Shown here piece by piece: positions 9,076 to 18,897 of a stretch of DNA of 39,348 bases. The position numbers and the translations under genes were made by a program. Position 1 is the stretch's first letter; each line of letters starts with the position of its first letter. Source of the DNA: Alphaproteobacteria bacterium UBA1218 (lineage in GTDB: Bacteria > Pseudomonadota > Alphaproteobacteria > Rs-D84); the NCBI GenBank assembly GCA_002309215.1, contig DBXG01000018.1, forward strand, positions 1 to 39,348. The letters are read 5' to 3'. The notes below the pieces were generated by a model, which was given only the letters and a program-made list of their open reading frames with translations, did not search any database and had not been told where the DNA came from.

Positions 9076-10118
9076 TCGTTTGCGGTTTCATCTGGGATAT
9101 TACCGTCGGCTGACAATAGCACTGCAATCCAACGTGTAGAACTGAATTGTGCTGTTGTGATATATATGGTTGCCAAAATCGGAACGCTGAAAAACATTCC
9201 TGCAATGCCCCAAATCATTCCCCAGAATACCAAGTTTATAAGTATCGCCAGTGTTGATATATTCAGGCTTTTCCCGGTCAATTTTGGGTCCAATATATTT
9301 CCAAATATAATTTCTATACCAATCAAAGATACTGCGGTGAACAAAGGTAAATGCCATGTGTCGCCACTAATAAACGCATAGGCAATTGGCATAGCGCATG
9401 CCAATATAGACCCCAATGTTGGAATATAGTTTAATATGAAAATCATAAATGCCCAAACACTAGCAAATTCCAATCCAATAATTTTCAGCAATATATATGC
9501 TGTTACACCAGTTGCAGCAGATATAAAAGTTTTTGTGAACAGATATTTTTTCATATGTTCATCAATGCTGTTTAATATATAACGTAATTTTTTCGTTTTC
9601 ATTTGTGGCACAACTAAAGAGTCTATTTTTTTACCAAAAGAACTTTGTTCAATGAACATAAATATTAAATATATTAAAACCATGCCAGTAGATGCAGCAA
9701 CCCCAGCCAACGAAGAAGCAACATAAGCGGCGATTTGTGGCAAGTTTGGAATCAAGTTCAAGTCCATGCTGATGCCAAGTTTAGAGAAAATAAATTCGCC
9801 AAATGCTAATAATTTTTGCTGTAATACAGGTGTTGCGTTGTATAATTCCCAAAACATAGGTTTAACCTGGGTCGCGAACAAGAATATAATTCCACCGATT
9901 GTTGCGAACGATAATATATTGGCCAGCCATGTGTAAACCTTGGCCGGCGTATCACAAGATTTTTTATCAGACTTATAACATGGCATAATTTTTCTGTAAT
10001 ATGTTGCGATTGCGTTTAACAGATACCATAAAAACGCAGCAAACAATATTGGTACAAACAACGAGCGTCCAATCCACAGACATAATATTAAAACCATAAA
10101 TGTTATAAATTTGTTCAT
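9072..10118 (-). CDS. AI-2E family transporter
   Basis: Multi-pass membrane protein with LNYIPTLGS, GNILDPKLTGKSLNIS, FWGMIWGIAGMFFSVP. Confidence 0.92.
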   Translation of the reverse strand: MNKFITFMVLILCLWIGRSLFVPILFAAFLWYLLNAIATYYRKIMPCYKSDKKSCDTPAKVYTWLANILSFATIGGIIFLFATQVKPMFWELYNATPVLQQKLLAFGEFIFSKLGISMDLNLIPNLPQIAAYVASSLAGVAASTGMVLIYLIFMFIEQSSFGKKIDSLVVPQMKTKKLRYILNSIDEHMKKYLFTKTFISAATGVTAYILLKIIGLEFASVWAFMIFILNYIPTLGSILACAMPIAYAFISGDTWHLPLFTAVSLIGIEIIFGNILDPKLTGKSLNISTLAILINLVFWGMIWGIAGMFFSVPILATIYITTAQFSSTRWIAVLLSADGNIPDETAND

Positions 10119-10121
10119 GTT

Positions 10122-11015
10122 TTATCCTTTTGTTACAGCATCACCGATAATGATACCATGTGGCATAGTAAATGTTTGATAAAGTGTATATATTGTAAAA
10201 GCAACCATAATGATATTAATAATGATTGCAAGCCATACGTATCCGCGATTCATGGTCGCCTTGAAATTTGGTTTTGACGTTGAATTCCACAGCGAAAAGA
10301 CCAAAAACAACACCAATGGGAATAACATGCTTGCGCTTTGTCTGGTCAACAATATGTTTGATAACAATATCAAGAATAAAAATACAAATGTTGTGTTGAC
10401 TGATGTTGCAGTTGCCCAAGCATTGAATTTAGAATACCAATTTGATTTGATTTGCAAGTCTGATTTTATTGATTTGTCTGCAATCAAATAGCCAGGCATC
10501 CAGGCCATAATGAATGTGAATGGCATTGTCAAAATAATTTTCCATGGTGTTAAACCCATGATTTTGGCACGTCTGTATTTTACAAAAATACTGGATAATA
10601 CTGTGCCTAAAATAAACATAGGAATAAAGGCTTGGATTGCACCCAAAGATTCAAACAAGATACGTGTCATTACTGGTGGCATCTTGAAAAACCAAAATGA
10701 AGAAAAGAGATAACCCGTTAAAGCATTATAACCAAAGAATATAAATAAAGTTGCCAAGACCGTAATGCGATAACCATTTGTGAGCGCGATAAAATCTTTT
10801 TGTGATATTTCTTTTAATGGCAATGATTGTGCAAGTTTATATGTAGCCCAAACAAAAATACCGATAGTCACAGCAAGCATACCATAATTAAATAATGAAA
10901 TGTTTATTGCAGGAAATAATCTTGGTAACCACGCAATGATTATCACAATCAGCATGCGTAATGCAAATTGCAAAGGTCTTGTGAACAGCCATGTTTTCAA
11001 TGTTGTTTTTGTCAT
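10122..11015 (-). CDS. Hypothetical multi-pass membrane protein
   Basis: 297-aa ORF with about eight hydrophobic segments, AGGA RBS, tightly packed between sufC and the AI-2E gene. Confidence 0.75.
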   Translation of the reverse strand: MTKTTLKTWLFTRPLQFALRMLIVIIIAWLPRLFPAINISLFNYGMLAVTIGIFVWATYKLAQSLPLKEISQKDFIALTNGYRITVLATLFIFFGYNALTGYLFSSFWFFKMPPVMTRILFESLGAIQAFIPMFILGTVLSSIFVKYRRAKIMGLTPWKIILTMPFTFIMAWMPGYLIADKSIKSDLQIKSNWYSKFNAWATATSVNTTFVFLFLILLSNILLTRQSASMLFPLVLFLVFSLWNSTSKPNFKATMNRGYVWLAIIINIIMVAFTIYTLYQTFTMPHGIIIGDAVTKG

Positions 11016-11045
11016 GTTATCCTTCCTTTTTTATTCCAAATGTTT

Positions 11046-11726
11046 TTATTTTATCATAATTTTCCCATTATCCAAAGTAGTTGTTTTTGTTGCACCAACC
11101 AATGATGTAAAATTATCCTGATGTGATATAAATAAAAACGTAGTTTTTGGCATTTGGTTTATTGTATCAACAATTTGTTGTTGGACATCTTTATCAGCAC
11201 CAGAATCAGGTTCATCTAATATTGCAAGTTTTGGATTTGTTAAAATCAATCTTAATAACATTATGCGTTTACGTTCACCACCAGAAAAACCAACGTTCAC
11301 AGAACGGTTCAGCCAATCTTGTGGTATATTTAATTGTTCACGTGCTGATTCCAGTTTTTCCAAAAATTCACTCATAGATAAATCTTTGCCTGTATCATAA
11401 TGTGTATGTGCAATCATAGAGTGTTTCAGAAAACTTAACAAAGTCAATCCAGGTATTTCGGGAACGTTTTGTGCGCCTAGAAATATTCCACGTAATGCGC
11501 GATTAGTTGCGTTTTCATTTGTTATATCAACATCATCAAAAATAATTTTTCCAGAATCGATTGTATACAGTGGATTTCCTGCGATTGTATTGACCAGTGT
11601 TGATTTTCCAGAACCGTTATGTCCGGCCAATCTGTGACGTGCACCATTTTTCACAGACATATTTATATCTGTCAGCAATTTCTTGCCATCCATGGATACA
11701 CAAAGATTTTTTATTTCTAATATCAT
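11046..11726 (-). CDS. sufC: Fe-S cluster assembly ATPase SufC
   Basis: GHNGSGKST, EIPG, RSVNVGFSGGERKR, ILDEPDSG. Confidence 0.93.
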   Translation of the reverse strand: MILEIKNLCVSMDGKKLLTDINMSVKNGARHRLAGHNGSGKSTLVNTIAGNPLYTIDSGKIIFDDVDITNENATNRALRGIFLGAQNVPEIPGLTLLSFLKHSMIAHTHYDTGKDLSMSEFLEKLESAREQLNIPQDWLNRSVNVGFSGGERKRIMLLRLILTNPKLAILDEPDSGADKDVQQQIVDTINQMPKTTFLFISHQDNFTSLVGATKTTTLDNGKIMIK

Positions 11727-11731
11727 TTTTC

Positions 11732-13072
11732 TTATTCTTTTGTTAAAGCCATTTGTATCAATTGTTTTGATTCTACCAAGAATTCCATCGGTAATCTAGA
11801 TATAATTGGGGATGCCATAGAACCGACAATCAATGCGATTGCTTCATCTGTATCAATACCACTTTGTTCCAAAAACAGCAAGGCATTTGCATCGATTGCA
11901 CCAGTTGTGGCTTCGTGTGATTGTTGGTTTGTCGCATTCAGGTGTATAACGGTCGGTATTGTGTTTGCGGTTGCATTATTGCCGATTATTCTGCTGTCGC
12001 ATTTGCAAGCATTTATGCCATTTTTTCCACCCAATGATACGGTGCTACGAAATGTTTGTCTGGAATTATCAATGGCGACACCATATGAAACAATGTTTGA
12101 TTTTGTTTCGTTCCCAATATGAATCATTCGTGTACCTGTGTCAGCCTGTTGTGTTCCACGCGTGATTGTTAGTGAATAAAAATCACTATGTGATTTGTTC
12201 CCGTATAAAATTGTTGATGGATATTTCCAAGTTTTTGCAGAACCAATTTCAACCTGGGTCCAATCGAGTCCTGCGTTTTTATAACATTTACCACGTTTTG
12301 TGACAAAGTTTAATATGCCATTTTGTTTTGCGTGTTTTTTGTTGTATACAGCAGAATCCCCCGCGTACCAGTTTTGAACGGTTGCATATTTTACATATGC
12401 GTTATCTTTTACAATTATTTCAACAACCCCACTGTGTAATTGATGATTTGGACGACGTGGGGCGCTGCAACCTTCCATATACGACAATGTTGCGCCATCT
12501 TCTGCAATGATAAGCGTTCTTTCAAATTGGCCAATTTTTGCTGTTTCTATTCTGAAATAACTGGCCAAATCAATCGGACATTTTACATTACGTGGAATGT
12601 AAACAAATGTTCCGTCTGAAAATACAGCAGCATTTAATGCAGCAAAAAAGTTGTCTGTATTTGGTACAACTGTGCCAAGATACTTTTTAACAATTTCTGG
12701 GTATTTAATAACAGCCTCTGATAATGGTAAAAATATGATGCCCAGTTTGTTTAATTCTTCGGTATACGAAGTGTGGACAGATTTGCTGTCTATGACAGTA
12801 TCCGTTGCCATACCCAATAATGCGCGTTGTTCTGATTCTGGCAATCCCATTTTCTCGTAAGTTGATTTCAGTTCAGAATTATCAATTGGTTTTGTTTCGT
12901 TATAGTAGTTCAATAAATCGTAATCTATCGGGTCATAATCTATTTCTGCCCAGTGTGGTTCTGACATTTTTTTCCATGCATTGAAAGCATCAATACGCCA
13001 ATTTAACAACCATTCTGGTTCGTTGCGCTGTTTTGATATTTCACGAATAAGTTTTATGTTTAATTTTTTCAT
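11732..13072 (-). CDS. sufB: Fe-S cluster assembly protein SufB
   Basis: EPEWLL, FAALNAAVFSDG, GQFERTLI, EGCSAP, NFVTKRG, TWKYPS, QQADTG, CDS, HEAT, LPMEF. Confidence 0.95.
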   Translation of the reverse strand: MKKLNIKLIREISKQRNEPEWLLNWRIDAFNAWKKMSEPHWAEIDYDPIDYDLLNYYNETKPIDNSELKSTYEKMGLPESEQRALLGMATDTVIDSKSVHTSYTEELNKLGIIFLPLSEAVIKYPEIVKKYLGTVVPNTDNFFAALNAAVFSDGTFVYIPRNVKCPIDLASYFRIETAKIGQFERTLIIAEDGATLSYMEGCSAPRRPNHQLHSGVVEIIVKDNAYVKYATVQNWYAGDSAVYNKKHAKQNGILNFVTKRGKCYKNAGLDWTQVEIGSAKTWKYPSTILYGNKSHSDFYSLTITRGTQQADTGTRMIHIGNETKSNIVSYGVAIDNSRQTFRSTVSLGGKNGINACKCDSRIIGNNATANTIPTVIHLNATNQQSHEATTGAIDANALLFLEQSGIDTDEAIALIVGSMASPIISRLPMEFLVESKQLIQMALTKE

Positions 13073-13609
13073 TTATGCATTTGCCAGTGTTTGTGCCTGG
13101 GCAAAAAAAGTCAGCGATTGCCCGAGCAAACCATCTGTAAAAGTTGTTGATAATATTCCATCTGTATCAGAATTGGCCATGTGTTGTAAAAACTGGTTTG
13201 CACGATTAAGATAGTGGCTGATGTTATGGGCAATATTCACATCCAACTTTATCGCGCGGCGTAATTTTTCCAGAACAAAAGGATTTTTTGCATATTCGTC
13301 CATAATTCCACCCAATGCGCGCCATAGAGGATGTTCAGATGTGTTACGTGGCATCACATCAATTGCAGCCATAATAGGGATTAAATCTTGTAACAAATCT
13401 TGATAAATTATTTCTGCTTTGTCTGTTGATTCACTCACAGAAAACTTGTTTTTCAACACCTGTTGAATTTTTACCAGCAAATTGTATTGCAAGGTTGCGT
13501 TTTTGGATAATATACGAATTTTTTTGTTTGTGATTATTGCGAACAATATCAACCCAGCAATGCCCAAAGCGGTTGATGCAGATAAAATCAAAATTACTAA
13601 GTTTTCCAT
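13073..13609 (-). CDS. Hypothetical protein with one N-terminal membrane anchor
   Basis: 178-aa ORF, hydrophobic residues 4-27, AGGA RBS, stop codon abuts the sufB start. Confidence 0.75.
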   Translation of the reverse strand: MENLVILILSASTALGIAGLILFAIITNKKIRILSKNATLQYNLLVKIQQVLKNKFSVSESTDKAEIIYQDLLQDLIPIMAAIDVMPRNTSEHPLWRALGGIMDEYAKNPFVLEKLRRAIKLDVNIAHNISHYLNRANQFLQHMANSDTDGILSTTFTDGLLGQSLTFFAQAQTLANA

Positions 13610-13713
13610 AGTTTTTATCCTGTTTTTTATATTACAAGTTGCAGTATAACACGTTTTTTCGATTCGTGCGATTTTATCTTGATTATTTTTTTGATAAAAT
13701 CGTTTTTTAAGTC

Positions 13714-13742
13714 TTGCACAGATTCGGTCAAGTTGTTATAAT
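13714..13742 (+). promoter_or_regulatory. Probable sigma70 promoter of the TcpQ/secretin operon
   Basis: TTGCAC-17 bp-TATAAT with extended TG and a GATTC just downstream of the -35. Confidence 0.75.
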
Positions 13743-13773
13743 TGAATATATTATATCAAGGAAAGGAAAAAAT

Positions 13774-14664
13774 ATGTTCCATAGATTTTATGTGTTTACG
13801 GCTATTGCTTGTTTGTCTGGTGTGGCGTGGGGTGCTACTAATCTGCCCCAGGTTGCTACGTCGGAAGTGTTTTATGATTCTGAACCAGCTGAATATGTGA
13901 TGGAGGAGGCAGAGTTTGTTGCGCCTATGCCGGTTCGTCAAAAGGCGCCTGTGTGGCCATTGGCTGGGTCCGATGCAGATGTAAAATTGGAATGTGGCGA
14001 TATGGGGTGTTCGGGTGAAGAATCAATGATTGTGACCAAGGTTGGTAATGGTCTGGTTATGGAAAACAATATAATCACTCGTGGTACTGGTTGGTCTGGT
14101 GGTCCAGATATTGAAAATGGAATGATGATACCTGCTGGATTTGATAATGAATGTGAAAATAATGCAGAAATGCCGTTGATGCGTCGCGAAATGCTGGAAG
14201 ATGATGGTGGTTCTGTGTTATCTGTTTCGCGTAGTCCACGCAAAAAATGTAATAAAAATGCTGATTCTTATGCCGTTTTTGCACAGCGTGCAGGTTTTGC
14301 AGCGGAAAAATCTTGTAATAAAGATATGGCTGTTGCTGAAGATGAAATGGAAGTTTCTGTAAACTCGAACGAAAGTAATGATGCAGAAGCGCCGGCGGTT
14401 ATGCGTGATCAGGTTCGTTCTTGGGTTGTTGCCAATGGTCAGACTTTGCGTCAGGTTTTGCAATCTTGGTGTGACAAAGAAGGTTGGGATTTGGTTTGGA
14501 CAACATCGCGCGAATATCCGATTGAGGCCAGCGCTGTGTTCAAGGGGCGTTTTGTTGATGTTGCGTCTGCTTTGATACGTAATTTTGAGCGTGCAACCCC
14601 AATACCTTATGCAAAGTTTTATAAAGGGAATCGTGTGATAGTTGTTTCGACTTCGGAAGAATAA
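13774..14664 (+). CDS. Secreted protein with C-terminal TcpQ (type IVb pilus biogenesis) domain
   Basis: Signal peptide (AWG-A), acidic linker, C-terminal WVVANGQTLRQVLQSWC..GWDLVW...YPIEASAVFKGRF...FYKGNRVIVV typical of TcpQ domains. Confidence 0.8.
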   Translation: MFHRFYVFTAIACLSGVAWGATNLPQVATSEVFYDSEPAEYVMEEAEFVAPMPVRQKAPVWPLAGSDADVKLECGDMGCSGEESMIVTKVGNGLVMENNIITRGTGWSGGPDIENGMMIPAGFDNECENNAEMPLMRREMLEDDGGSVLSVSRSPRKKCNKNADSYAVFAQRAGFAAEKSCNKDMAVAEDEMEVSVNSNESNDAEAPAVMRDQVRSWVVANGQTLRQVLQSWCDKEGWDLVWTTSREYPIEASAVFKGRFVDVASALIRNFERATPIPYAKFYKGNRVIVVSTSEE

Positions 14665-14698
14665 TAATTATTGTGTAAGAGATTCGTAGGAGATAAAA

Positions 14699-16330
14699 AT
14701 GAAAATGCGTTTAAATATGTTTTTTATAGGGGCAGTATTCGCAGGATTGTTGGCAGGATGCACATTGCAAGAATCTGCCAAGGTATCTGCGTCTGTGGAT
14801 CAAAACTTTGTAAAAGCATATGAAGCATTTGAAATGGCAAAGAATCCGCGTGCCAAGGTGGCCAGTGGTGATACGGTTTCTATGTCAGAGGGGGTTTGGT
14901 TAGGAAACAAATCTACGGTTCTTGAACACAAAAACTCTTTGCCCGCGAAATTCGAGACGGATTCAGGTATTACTATATTATTAAACGAACCTGTGACATT
15001 GCAGGTCTTGGCAAATGATATTAATTCGATTACAGGAATCCCTGTAAAAATTGATAATCAGGTTGATGGCGAAAAGTTAAGAAAGACTGTTGATGTTGCA
15101 TATACTGGTAAATTGTCTGGATTGTTGTCCCAGATTGCTACAGATTTAGATTTGTTGTGGTATTATGATAAAGATTCAATCGTGTTCTATGAAACAGAAA
15201 CGCGTACATATACATTATATGCATTGGGCACAGATGTATCATACCAATCTTCTGTGCAAACTGATGATGGAAATCAGGTTTCTTTGGAATCAACCTTGAA
15301 AGAATGGGACGAAGTAGAGGCGACAATCAGTTCGATTGTTAACTCATCAAAGAACTCTCAGTTCACAGTATCACGCAGTTTGGGAACAATCACTGTGACT
15401 GCATCGCCGTCTGTGCTAAATCGCGTTTCTGATTATATTGCAAAACAGAACAGACGTTTGTCGCAGCTTGTGACAATTGATGTTAAGGTTTTGCAAGTAT
15501 CTTTGTCTAATGAATCTGCGTTTGGCTTGAATTTGGCTGCGGCAATCAATTCCGCAACAGGTCTGAACATTGTTGCAAATCCAAAGAACAATCTTTCTAC
15601 GACCGAGGCTAGTTCCATGAATGTTGCGGTCTTGTCCAATGCAGTATCCGCGTTGACGGGCGCAACACATTCAGAAGGCACAACTACGGGTATTGCAGGC
15701 GCATATACTAATGATCAAATAACAAATGGTTCAATGGCACGTCTGGCTGGAACAAATGCTTTGATAGAGGCTTTGGCAAAGCAGGGCAAGGTATCGTTAG
15801 TGACAAATGTTGGTGTGACAACACGTAATAATCGTGTTGCGCCTGTGACAAATACCAGAACAACCGGGTATATCAAGCGATTCGAATCCAGAACATTTAC
15901 AACTGTGGAATCCAGTACTGTTGACCAAGATAATTTGGAAACAGGGTTTTCAATGCAGTTATTGCCGAACATTTTGGAAAACGGAAAGATATTGCTGTTA
16001 TTCAAGATGTCAATTCGTGAATTGCTGAAGATGTCAACCCAAACAATTGGTGAAGTGACGTTGCAATTGCCAGAGGTTGAAGAGCGTTCTTTCATGCAGG
16101 AAGTTATTATGGAATCTGGTCAAATGTTGGTTGTATCTGGGTTCGAGAAACAAAAGAACGATGATACACGTTATGGTTTGGGGGATCCAGACTTTATGGC
16201 GTTGTCTGGTTCGCGCGAAACAGCCGCATCACGTGAAGTGCTGGTTGTTATCTTGACACCGCAAGTTTTGGTTAGCCCGATGGATGCAGAGCGCAATATC
16301 CAGCAACATTGGGGCGCACCATTGAATTAG
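14699..16330 (+). CDS. Type IVb pilus secretin lipoprotein (PilN/BfpB-like)
   Basis: Lipobox LLAGC, YTGKLSGLL, GTITVTASPSVL, QLVTIDVKVLQV, ETGFSMQLLP, SGQMLVVSGFE, LVVILTP. Confidence 0.88.
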   Translation: MKMRLNMFFIGAVFAGLLAGCTLQESAKVSASVDQNFVKAYEAFEMAKNPRAKVASGDTVSMSEGVWLGNKSTVLEHKNSLPAKFETDSGITILLNEPVTLQVLANDINSITGIPVKIDNQVDGEKLRKTVDVAYTGKLSGLLSQIATDLDLLWYYDKDSIVFYETETRTYTLYALGTDVSYQSSVQTDDGNQVSLESTLKEWDEVEATISSIVNSSKNSQFTVSRSLGTITVTASPSVLNRVSDYIAKQNRRLSQLVTIDVKVLQVSLSNESAFGLNLAAAINSATGLNIVANPKNNLSTTEASSMNVAVLSNAVSALTGATHSEGTTTGIAGAYTNDQITNGSMARLAGTNALIEALAKQGKVSLVTNVGVTTRNNRVAPVTNTRTTGYIKRFESRTFTTVESSTVDQDNLETGFSMQLLPNILENGKILLLFKMSIRELLKMSTQTIGEVTLQLPEVEERSFMQEVIMESGQMLVVSGFEKQKNDDTRYGLGDPDFMALSGSRETAASREVLVVILTPQVLVSPMDAERNIQQHWGAPLN

Positions 16331-16338
16331 TTGTGGAC

Positions 16339-16368
16339 AAAAAAACCATCCAATTGGATGGTTTTTTG
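16339..16368. terminator. Bidirectional terminator between secretin and rpsT
   Basis: A7-CCATCC-aatt-GGATGG-T6. Confidence 0.88.
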
Positions 16369-16391
16369 ATTGATAAAAGCACAACAAATAA

Positions 16392-16652
16392 TTATGCGAT
16401 TTTTGCAACTTTCTTGGCCAGACGTGCAACTTTACGTGAAGCAGTTTTCTTTGGCATTGTTTTGCCTGCTGCTTTCATAATTTTGCTTTCTGCATTGCGT
16501 GCAGCTGCAATTGCGGCGGTTTTATCGCCAGATTCAATCGCGCCGAGCGCTTTCTTGGTTGCAGTTTTAACAGCGCTGCGACGTGCTGTATTGATTGCAT
16601 TTTTCTTTGCTGTTACTAAAATTCTTTTATCACATGATTTATGATTTGCCAC
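16392..16652 (-). CDS. rpsT: 30S ribosomal protein S20 (GTG start)
   Basis: MANHKS..KR, NTARRSAVKT, KTASRKVARL. Confidence 0.95.
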   Translation of the reverse strand: MANHKSCDKRILVTAKKNAINTARRSAVKTATKKALGAIESGDKTAAIAAARNAESKIMKAAGKTMPKKTASRKVARLAKKVAKIA

Positions 16653-16726
16653 TTTATTTTCCTTTTATTTTTACGCGGTTTCTGTTATTTTATAGAAAAC
16701 AAACATAAAATCAAGGGAAAAACGAC

Positions 16727-17368
16727 ATGGCTGATATTTTTTTCAATGTTTATACTTTATCAATAATAATTGCTTATTTATTGGGTTCTATACCTTTTGG
16801 GATTATCGTTACGAAATTGTTTAACAAAGGGGATTTACGTAAAGTTGGCAGTGGTAATATCGGTGCAACCAATGTTATGCGGGTTGGTGGATTGCGTTTG
16901 GCTAGCTTGGTTTGGATTTTGGATATGATGAAGGCTGTTGTAGCAGTTTGGTTGTGTGGTTGGATTGGCCCGGCTGTGTTTGGATATGTTGATTCGTCCA
17001 GTGTTGCAATATCATTCGGAGTTTGGGGTGGTTTTGCAGCGATTATTGGGCACTGTTTTCCGATTTGGTTAAGGTTTCGTGGGGGTAAAGGGGTTTCGTG
17101 TTTGTTTGGTGTTCTGTTGGCTGTGAATCCAATCTTGTTTATAGTTTGTGGTCTTGAATGGCTGTTGGTTGCGCTGGGGACTGGCTATTCATCTGCTGGT
17201 GCTTTGGTTGCCTTTTGTTTGATGCCGATATTGGGATTTTTTATGAATTTCAATATTGGAATTGCGTTTTTGGCTATTTCGGTACTGTGTTTATGGCGAC
17301 ATCGGGAAAATATTTTGCGCTTGGTTTCAGGCAAAGAGTCAAAAATAGAATGGAAGTGGAAAAAATAA
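16727..17368 (+). CDS. plsY: Glycerol-3-phosphate acyltransferase PlsY
   Basis: AYLLGSIPFG, DLRKVGSGNIGATNVMR, GHCFPIWLRFRGGKGV, HRENILRL. Confidence 0.96.
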   Translation: MADIFFNVYTLSIIIAYLLGSIPFGIIVTKLFNKGDLRKVGSGNIGATNVMRVGGLRLASLVWILDMMKAVVAVWLCGWIGPAVFGYVDSSSVAISFGVWGGFAAIIGHCFPIWLRFRGGKGVSCLFGVLLAVNPILFIVCGLEWLLVALGTGYSSAGALVAFCLMPILGFFMNFNIGIAFLAISVLCLWRHRENILRLVSGKESKIEWKWKK

Positions 17369-17437
17369 GTTCAGATAGTATTTGTTTTTATTTGTATTTT
17401 GTGATATAATGTCGTCATAAGTGAGAGGATTGTACCC

Positions 17438-18247
17438 ATGAAATATTTGGTTTCTGTATTGGTTATCGTTATGTTCGGTTTTAGTGCGGGGGCTGCACAG
17501 AATGGGCGTCCCGCGATGGCGAAGAATATTATGTCTGCACCAAGGTATACTGCGTCTGTGAATCAAATATCTGGAAGCACAGCAAAGATTGGTGTAAAGA
17601 CTGATGTAAACACTGATGAAACAGCGCAACAAACAGATGAATCAGCGGAAGAGGCTGAAGAAGCAGCGGTTGTTGATATGCGCGAAGCAGAACGCAATGC
17701 ATGTATCAATAATAATATTGGTGTTGGAAATACTTTTGTGTGGGCTTCTAAATACAGCGATACATCGAATTATGCAAGTATGACCGAAGATGCGGAACAT
17801 CCTGAAAATAATGTGTGTTTTGTGCGAGTAGAACTGAGTTCTACAAACGAATCGCGTATAAAAGTATCTGACATTGAACCAAAGTATTTTGTGTGGGGTG
17901 AACCGATTAAATGTGGTGGCTGGGTCAGCAAGAAAGAAATGGAAAAACGCATATTAGATGCCAGAAAAGGCGCTCGTATTGGTGGTATTGTGGCCAGTAC
18001 TGTCGGTGGTTTGGGGCTTGGTGTCGGTGCTATGGAATTATTTGGTAACAGATTGATTGGTGGCAAGGTGGAAGGCCAAAAAGGCGTGGATGAGAAAGAA
18101 TTATACAAGGCGCAATTAGCTAAACAAGAAAACAAGGAATACATAGCCGACTTGAAAGTAATGGTGGATGCGTGCGAAGAAGGAAACAGTTATATTAGTG
18201 ATTGCGACTTGTACGAAGAATTGTATCGTTCAGTTACTAAACATTAG
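17438..18247 (+). CDS. Hypothetical secreted protein with Cys-containing domain and glycine-zipper segment
   Basis: Signal peptide (AGA-A), acidic linker, five Cys, IGGIVASTVGGLGLGVGAM. Confidence 0.8.
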   Translation: MKYLVSVLVIVMFGFSAGAAQNGRPAMAKNIMSAPRYTASVNQISGSTAKIGVKTDVNTDETAQQTDESAEEAEEAAVVDMREAERNACINNNIGVGNTFVWASKYSDTSNYASMTEDAEHPENNVCFVRVELSSTNESRIKVSDIEPKYFVWGEPIKCGGWVSKKEMEKRILDARKGARIGGIVASTVGGLGLGVGAMELFGNRLIGGKVEGQKGVDEKELYKAQLAKQENKEYIADLKVMVDACEEGNSYISDCDLYEELYRSVTKH

Positions 18248-18261
18248 AAATGGGGTATAAG

Positions 18262-18837
18262 ATGAAAAAGTATATTGTTTTGTTTTTAATGTGCTTGCCG
18301 ATGGTGTCATTTGGGGCGCCATCTGTGCGCGCTTTGGGTTCTGGCGCTGTTGTTGGGGCGTCTGGGGCAGCAGCAAGTAAAATAACACCCGTAAAAGCAG
18401 GAAGTACGCCGAGTGCAAGTAGTGTCGCACGCGTTGGTTCTTTGCGTTCAAAGGCTACTACGGCTGGTATTCCAAGTACTGTTTCTGGTTCTACTGGACG
18501 TTTTCCAGTAATTTCCACAGCCAAAGTTTATAATACTGCAGCGGCACCTCGTCCGGTAAGCTATTCGTCCACAACCATAAATAATACAGAAGCTGTCGAT
18601 TTGACTGGTATCGAACAAAAGATAGAACAGAACAAAAATAATATACAAAATAATACAACGAATATAGCTACGAATACAGAAAATATCACGAATAATACGA
18701 CAAATATATCTAACAATACAACCCGTATAGAAGCGCTTGAAGGAGATGCTGATACAGTTTTGGTGTCGGGGTCTGGCAATCCTTTTACAGGAAATCCACA
18801 AAATGAAAATCGTGCGTGGATTTGGGTTGAAAAATAG
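18262..18837 (+). CDS. Hypothetical secreted protein with IxxNTxx heptad coiled coil
   Basis: Signal peptide, Ser/Ala/Gly/Thr low-complexity region, IQNNTTN-IATNTEN-ITNNTTN-ISNNTTR repeats, C-terminal WIWVEK. Confidence 0.8.
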   Translation: MKKYIVLFLMCLPMVSFGAPSVRALGSGAVVGASGAAASKITPVKAGSTPSASSVARVGSLRSKATTAGIPSTVSGSTGRFPVISTAKVYNTAAAPRPVSYSSTTINNTEAVDLTGIEQKIEQNKNNIQNNTTNIATNTENITNNTTNISNNTTRIEALEGDADTVLVSGSGNPFTGNPQNENRAWIWVEK

Positions 18838-18897
18838 TCTGTTTATTTAATTTTTTACTTTTATGGGATTGTAGATTTGTTCTACAATCCTTTTGTT

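Noticed and set aside
16309-16644. 111-aa hydrophobic plus-strand ORF
   Set aside because: Antisense to rpsT and crosses a terminator; hydrophobicity mirrors the Lys/Ala codons of S20
18610-18741. Short AAT/ACA-rich DNA repeats as a possible CRISPR array or VNTR
   Set aside because: They are degenerate 21-bp coding heptads with no constant repeat or spacers, and no cas genes are present
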